DNA of 64,000 bases, taken from NCBI GenBank assembly GCA_963717435.1, contig OY970332.1, positions 992,001 to 1,056,000 on the forward strand, given 5' to 3'. This document shows positions 59,006-64,000 of this stretch, piece after piece. The notes below the pieces were generated by a model. The model searched no databases and had not been told where the DNA came from. It saw only the letters and a list, made by a program, of their open reading frames with translations. Numbering within the stretch: the stretch's first letter is position 1; each line of letters starts with the position of its first letter. The translations under genes were made by a program, and so were the position numbers. Source of the DNA: an uncultured bacterium. Its GTDB lineage: Bacteria > Babelota > Babeliae > Babelales > Babelaceae.

Positions 59006-60436
59006 TTATTTTAAAACAACATAATTTTGGTTAATTAAAGCGTTGCGTAAATAATCTGGCAAGCCATTAAATATTTTCTTTAATTTAGGGTAACTAATAC
59101 TAAATGGCATTAACAATGTTTCTTTTTCATCTTCTTGTTTTTTTCGAAACTCAAGAATAGCTTTTAGTAATAGATACTGCAAAACACCTTCTCCAGGCTC
59201 TCTACCGACTATATTCTCCGGCAGTTGCATAAGGTAGGCAGGTAGTTTTGTAACTTTTAAATCCCACAGCTTAATTGTATGATCCCAAGAACCGGAAATA
59301 GCATAATTGCCATCTGGGCTAAATGATGCTGATTCAACCCTCCCAATATGACCAGTTAAAGTTGCGATTGGGTTAGTGTTAGGGTTTTTCTTATCCCTCA
59401 AATCCCACAACTTAATTGTATTATCAAGAGAGCCAGAAAGAGCATAATTGCCATCTGGGCTCCATGATACTGAATAAACAGCGCCATTATGACCAGTTAA
59501 AGTTTTAATTAATATGGGATTTTGCTTATTTCTCAAATCCCACAATTTGATTGTTTTATCCGCAGAACCGGAAATAGCATAATTGCCATCAGGGCTCCAT
59601 GCTACTGAATAAACAGTGCCATCATGACCAGTTAAAGTTTTAATTAATATAGGATTTTGTTTATTTCTTAAATCCCACAACTTAATTGTTTTATCAAGAG
59701 AACCAGAAAGAGCATAATTGCCATCAGGGCTCCATGATACTGAATAAACAACGCTATTATGACCAGTTAAAGTTTTAATTAATATAGGATTTTGCTTATT
59801 TCTCAAATCCCACAGCTTAATTTTTTTATCAATAGAACCAGAAAGAGCATATTTTCCATCTGGGCTAAATGATACTGATAAAACAGCCTGTTCATGACCA
59901 GTTAAAGTTGCGATTGGGTTAGTGTTAGGATTTTGCTTATTTCTTAGATCCCACAAGTTAATTGTTTTATCAAGAGAACCCGAAATAGCATAATTGCCAT
60001 CTGGACTAAATGATACTGATCTAATCCCCCCAGTATCGCCAGTTAAAGTGGCTATAGGTTTTGTATTAGGATTTTGCTTATTTCTTAGATCCCACAAATT
60101 AATTGTATCATCACCAGAACCAGAAAGTGCATAATTGCCATCTGGATCTGGACTAAATGCTACTGAAGAAACAGTATTATCATGACCTTCTAAAGTTGCA
60201 ATATTACTATTTTTTAATGCAATATTAAGTAATTCTTTAATAAAAGAGCTTGAGGGCTTTAATTCTTCGCGCATGACTAATTCAATGGCCAAAGGCTTAG
60301 GCGTTTCAATAAGCTTCATCAGCTTAAATTCTTCTGTGCTGCCTTTAGGCGTTTTCGACTGCTTTGATTCCATCCCAATTAACTGCATAGAAATAAGCGC
60401 AAGTGACGTAAGAATTATTCTATTTATTGATTTCAT
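59006..60436 (-). CDS. Secreted WD40-repeat protein with high-identity repeats
   Basis: Seven near-identical units LTGH...V.SV.(F/W)SPDGNYA.SGS.D.TIKLWDLRNKQNP. Confidence 0.94.
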   Translation of the reverse strand: MKSINRIILTSLALISMQLIGMESKQSKTPKGSTEEFKLMKLIETPKPLAIELVMREELKPSSSFIKELLNIALKNSNIATLEGHDNTVSSVAFSPDPDGNYALSGSGDDTINLWDLRNKQNPNTKPIATLTGDTGGIRSVSFSPDGNYAISGSLDKTINLWDLRNKQNPNTNPIATLTGHEQAVLSVSFSPDGKYALSGSIDKKIKLWDLRNKQNPILIKTLTGHNSVVYSVSWSPDGNYALSGSLDKTIKLWDLRNKQNPILIKTLTGHDGTVYSVAWSPDGNYAISGSADKTIKLWDLRNKQNPILIKTLTGHNGAVYSVSWSPDGNYALSGSLDNTIKLWDLRDKKNPNTNPIATLTGHIGRVESASFSPDGNYAISGSWDHTIKLWDLKVTKLPAYLMQLPENIVGREPGEGVLQYLLLKAILEFRKKQEDEKETLLMPFSISYPKLKKIFNGLPDYLRNALINQNYVVLK

Positions 60437-60479
60437 AATTTCCCCTCAGAAATTAAAATTAATTTCTTCATCAATTTCT

Positions 60480-60965
60480 TCATAATGAGAAAACGTGATT
60501 AGCTATATCTACAACTGCTTTTCTGAGATAATTTAATAACTCTTGTTTATCAAAATCGTCAGTTTTTATTTCAGCATATTGCAGCTCATCTATTAATTCA
60601 CTAATTTTTATGAACACGCCAGGCCTCTTGCCACTAAGTCTGAGCGGAGCTTTTGGATTGCTAATTCGAGATGCCATCGCGCCTAATAATTGCTTGCTTA
60701 ATGCCAAAACCGGCTCGTCTTCTATGCTTTTAGGCTTAACGTAATTTATAACTGGAAGTAATATATTAGCATCATAATTTAATACTCGCGCATTTTTTTT
60801 TAGTTCACTTAATTCGCTGGGCTTGATTCCCTTAGCATCGTCACCCACTATCTGATAAGCATATACTTTTATTTTTTTTTCAATACTTTCTCTGCTTTCT
60901 TCTGGTTGGGAAGCAGTATAATTATTTGCAAATATTAAAAGTGCAAAAAATATATTTCTTTTCAT
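60480..60965 (-). CDS. Hypothetical exported protein
   Basis: 161-aa ORF with a signal-like N-terminus, coupled to the upstream ORF. Confidence 0.65.
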   Translation of the reverse strand: MKRNIFFALLIFANNYTASQPEESRESIEKKIKVYAYQIVGDDAKGIKPSELSELKKNARVLNYDANILLPVINYVKPKSIEDEPVLALSKQLLGAMASRISNPKAPLRLSGKRPGVFIKISELIDELQYAEIKTDDFDKQELLNYLRKAVVDIANHVFSL

Positions 60966-60966
60966 A

Positions 60967-61503
60967 TTATTTCAACTTTTCAAATTTAGGATTTTGTTGC
61001 ACAAATTTTCCCCCAGAAACTTTGCTTGAAAAGCCTCTTAAGTCAAATCTTTTAATATCGCTAGATTCTACCGAAGAAACGGTGGTTAATAAGCCTCTTA
61101 TCAGTGCATACAAAGCGTCTGCAGCTATTTTTGTTTTGCTCAAGATTGCGCTTGGAATATTTAGCAGATATTCATCTCTAATAGTTAAGAACACTGTTTT
61201 TGCATCAGATTCACCATTTAGAAGTGTTAAGTAAGTTGCATCAACTTTTTTGAATAATTTATTTACATCACCACTTTTTGCGATAACAGGCGCGATTTCT
61301 GTGCGCAACTTAATATAGTTATCGCCTATTTGTTGAAACTCTCTCTTTTTTAATAATCCCGAAAAGCTTGAGACATAAGCCTGAACTTTTGCACCTGGAG
61401 TATCTATATTTAGTATATCTAAATTTGCTTCTGTGTCTTTAGATATCAAGTTAAAACTTGTAAGAATAAAAATTGAACAAAATATTTTTTTGATATTTTT
61501 CAT
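60967..61503 (-). CDS. Hypothetical exported protein
   Basis: 178-aa ORF with a signal-like N-terminus, AGGGA RBS. Confidence 0.65.
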   Translation of the reverse strand: MKNIKKIFCSIFILTSFNLISKDTEANLDILNIDTPGAKVQAYVSSFSGLLKKREFQQIGDNYIKLRTEIAPVIAKSGDVNKLFKKVDATYLTLLNGESDAKTVFLTIRDEYLLNIPSAILSKTKIAADALYALIRGLLTTVSSVESSDIKRFDLRGFSSKVSGGKFVQQNPKFEKLK

Positions 61504-62033
61504 AACAAAATTCCCTAATAATAAAAAATTAAAAAACTTAAAACAAAATTATACTGCGTTGTTGGTTTTCACTATTAATTTTAATTAACCGATTTTTGAA
61601 AGAGCAATAGTTTTAATTTTTTAAAGTTTTGAAGAATTTATGTGAAGCTTTTTTATTGAAAAAGTAAAATTATAATTTTGGCCCCTAATTTGACAAATTT
61701 TGAATTATTTAGATTTGTAATTGTTTTACATTACTCAATTCAAAAACTATCGTCTTAATTAAAATTTAAGCCCCCTATTTTTTTAGACTTTTACATAATT
61801 TATTTGTTTTTTAAATTTGAAAAGAATTTATGTGAAATTAAAGTAATTTCTGGGATAACTTTTTGAGGTCAAATTTAATCAAAACTTCTTTCCTGGTTTA
61901 AATACGTCATGTCCGGAATGAGAAAATTTTGGACATGAAAAAGATCGGATTTACAGGTTCAAATTCGACCCATAAAATTTAGACCTAATTTAGATTTAAC
62001 AAACAAAGCATCTATAAACAAGTCGCCAAAAAG

Positions 62034-62116
62034 CCCGCTCATCCCGAGTGTTTTTTCGCAGAAAAAATGTATCGAGGGATGTCTACGCGCCGAAGTTCTA
62101 AAGTAGGCGAGAGGGA
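62034..62116 (-). repeat. Palindromic REP-like element, copy E, plus an adjacent short hairpin module
   Basis: Reverse complement CATCCCTCGATACA-TTTTTTCTGCGAAAAAA-CACTCGGGATGAGCGGG; then CGCGCCGAAGTTCTAAAGTAGGCGAGAGGGA. Confidence 0.85.
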
Positions 62117-62151
62117 TCGGCCAGAAAGATGGTTTTTATTGGGCTAAAACT

Positions 62152-62517
62152 TTAATGAAAAAAGTATTTTATTATTTTAATATTAGAATCCTGAACAACG
62201 GTAAAATTGTCAGATAATTGATCGCCATGCTTTTCAAATAATTTTTCCAAAGCAAATATCTTATCCTGCGCTTTTTCCATGCGAAGTCTTAATAAAATTA
62301 TACCACAATGATTAGACTGCTCTTTGAAAACTATATCCCCAAAATCTTTATCACACGTTATGAGTATTCTTTTCTCGTCTCTGGCCCTAGAAATAACTTC
62401 TGAATCTTTAGCTCCTGCCATTATTTCCCCAACAAAAATAACATCAAAGTTTTTTCCCTTGAGCCAGTTTGAGACTTGTAATCCCACACATTCATCAATA
62501 ATGAACTTTAATTTCAT
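62152..62517 (-). CDS. DUF5615 (PIN-like, VapC45-type) toxin
   Basis: KFIIDECVG, GAKDSEVI..A..E.RILIT.DKDFG, H.GIILLR. Confidence 0.88.
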   Translation of the reverse strand: MKLKFIIDECVGLQVSNWLKGKNFDVIFVGEIMAGAKDSEVISRARDEKRILITCDKDFGDIVFKEQSNHCGIILLRLRMEKAQDKIFALEKLFEKHGDQLSDNFTVVQDSNIKIIKYFFH

Positions 62518-62523
62518 GATAGC

Positions 62524-62766
62524 TTAATAATTAACAGGTATAAAAGTTGTGTTCTCGATGTTTTGCTGAGCGAATGCGAAGCAAGCCAGTATATCTTCTT
62601 TAGTTAAATTTTTATAATCAGCGAGTATTTCTTCTGTACTAATACCTTGCGTTAAAAGACCCAAGATGTGAGGCACAGTCAATCTGGTACCTTTTACAAC
62701 GGGTTTACCTGCCATTATTTCCGGATCTATGATTATTCTTTTTATTAAATCTTTTTTATTATTCAT
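62524..62766 (-). CDS. DUF433 family antitoxin
   Basis: RIIIDPEIMAGKPVVKGTRLTV..IL..L..G.S.EEIL.DY..LT.EDI.AC. Confidence 0.92.
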   Translation of the reverse strand: MNNKKDLIKRIIIDPEIMAGKPVVKGTRLTVPHILGLLTQGISTEEILADYKNLTKEDILACFAFAQQNIENTTFIPVNY

Positions 62767-62804
62767 AAAATCTTTCAGATTAGATTGCTATTATGTCTTC
62801 AATA

Positions 62805-63458
62805 TTAAACTAATTTTCTGACAAACAAAACATCTCCCCAAGTGACATGGTGCAGTGACTCTTGAGCCACCTTAAAGCCCCGACTTTCTAGCCAACTTTT
62901 TACCTCAGGATAAAGTGGCATTCCCGAATATCTTTCTGATAAATTTACTTCTATATGAATAGCTTTAACAGTTGACATAATTTCGGGAGAATTCTTGAGT
63001 GCCAGCAACTCGGCGCCTTGAAGATCGAGCCACATAAAATCTACATACGAAACTTTATTATCTTGAGCCCATTTATCCAAAGTTGTACAATCAACTGTTA
63101 CGGTTTTAAATTTTGCGCCAGAAAACTTTTCAAGTATACTTCCCGGTTCTAATAACGAACTAATTGCTCCAACATTTTCGCAGATATTAAAATCTGCTTT
63201 TCCAACCCTATCGCATAAAGCTAAATTAAAAGTTTTTATGTTTTTTAAATTAATTTTATTCTCTGAAAGATTCTCCAAGAGTTTTTCATAAAGTTCCGGA
63301 ACCGGTTCAAAAGAATAAATTTGGGAATCGGGCCACCGTTTAGAGATCTTAATAGTATCGCGCCCGACGTTTGCCCCTGCTTCGATTATAACCGGCGCCT
63401 CGGGCAGAAACTGTGCAATAAAATCTAAAGATATCTTTTCGGGCTTTTTATTATTCAT
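62805..63458 (-). CDS. FkbM family methyltransferase
   Basis: IIEAGANVG, YSFEPVP, TTLD, DFMWLDLQGAEL. Confidence 0.9.
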   Translation of the reverse strand: MNNKKPEKISLDFIAQFLPEAPVIIEAGANVGRDTIKISKRWPDSQIYSFEPVPELYEKLLENLSENKINLKNIKTFNLALCDRVGKADFNICENVGAISSLLEPGSILEKFSGAKFKTVTVDCTTLDKWAQDNKVSYVDFMWLDLQGAELLALKNSPEIMSTVKAIHIEVNLSERYSGMPLYPEVKSWLESRGFKVAQESLHHVTWGDVLFVRKLV

Positions 63459-63567
63459 AATTACTTATATTAAATTTTTTAAAAATATTGATCGCCAAAC
63501 CGCGTAACTGTACACTATCTAACAAAGTTAGCTTATTATAAATATATTTTAATTTAAAAGGCGCAAA

Positions 63568-64000
63568 GTGTTAAATACCAAAATAAATAAATTATTTCCC
63601 ATAATTCTGTTTTTGTTAATAAACAACTCTTATATATTGTCCATGGAACAAGATCAAGGCCACGATCATGAAGATCTATCAATAAGTGGCCAATTTGATT
63701 CAGAATACTCTGAAATTACTGCCCCACGGGGCCCACTAAGCTTAAACGACAGCATCCAGTTAGATGATACTCAAAAGCCCTTTTTTGATGACACTAATAA
63801 TACTAGCAATAACGGTTTCACTTACTCTCCCACATCTAAATATATAAATCCAAAAGATAAAATTACTTATTTGCACAGATTGGCCCAACACAGAAAAGGC
63901 GACTGTCAGGGCGAAATAGAGACGTTTGTAAAATTAGGTTGCGGTGTAAATGACAAGACAACTTACGGCCATACGCCGCTACACGTTGCTGTTGTATGGG
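63568..64000 (+). CDS. Secreted ankyrin-repeat protein, truncated by the window end
   Basis: My translation from GTG 63568: signal ..NNSYILS|MEQDQG ... ITYLHRLA..GCGVNDKTTYGHTPLHVAVVW; open to the window end. Confidence 0.8.
   Translation, partial: MLNTKINKLFPIILFLLINNSYILSMEQDQGHDHEDLSISGQFDSEYSEITAPRGPLSLNDSIQLDDTQKPFFDDTNNTSNNGFTYSPTSKYINPKDKITYLHRLAQHRKGDCQGEIETFVKLGCGVNDKTTYGHTPLHVAVVW

Noticed and set aside
54851-60436. Diversity-generating retroelement acting on the WD40 repeats
   Set aside because: No reverse transcriptase or non-coding template repeat in the window, and the variation is not evidently adenine-specific
61811-61838. dif site (TTATGTGAAAT resembles the XerD arm)
   Set aside because: No XerC-like arm ending in CATAA at 6-bp spacing
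62750-63460. Shared start ATGAATAATAAAAA (MNNKK) in the DUF433 and FkbM genes as a target duplication
   Set aside because: About 16 bp of almost pure A/T in an AT-rich genome; plausible by chance

Overview
AT-rich bacterial chromosome segment. The gene mix (housekeeping genes interspersed with many signal-peptide-bearing WD40/ankyrin proteins, hspR, carD, spoVG, uppP, murF) suggests an intracellular bacterium of protists, most likely Ca. Dependentiae (TM6/Babeliae); this assignment is an inference. Core genes: ppsA (partial), galU, pheS, tRNA-Phe, gyrA (frameshifted, probably an assembly artefact), dprA, rpmF, gltX, fabD-like, acpP, uppP, ftsK, murF, rsmH, spoVG, tRNA-Gln, ogt, maf, htpX, hspR, ychF, dnaK, carD, miaA, recA, infC-rpmI-rplT, zapB/zapA, rny, ymdB, and two type II TA pairs. 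The most notable observations are: (1) four tandem, Cys-rich, secreted paralogs with beta-barrel-type C-termini, a possible disulfide-crosslinked envelope system; (2) a family of GC-rich palindromic elements with covarying stems, one in-frame inside miaA, related hairpins fused to both tRNA 3' ends, and a small GIY-YIG nuclease next to a cluster of them; (3) a cassette-like array after tRNA-Gln delimited by three ~48-bp direct repeats, including a gene with a poly-C spacer promoter; (4) an F-box-like/ankyrin/CaaX-like effector candidate with a decayed tandem copy; (5) a shared 'signal peptide then Met' N-terminus on nine effector-like proteins; (6) an islet bounded by a 24-bp duplication of the rplT 3' region; (7) a FabD homolog that has lost its catalytic residues. 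No CRISPR array, rRNA, integrase or transposase was seen.
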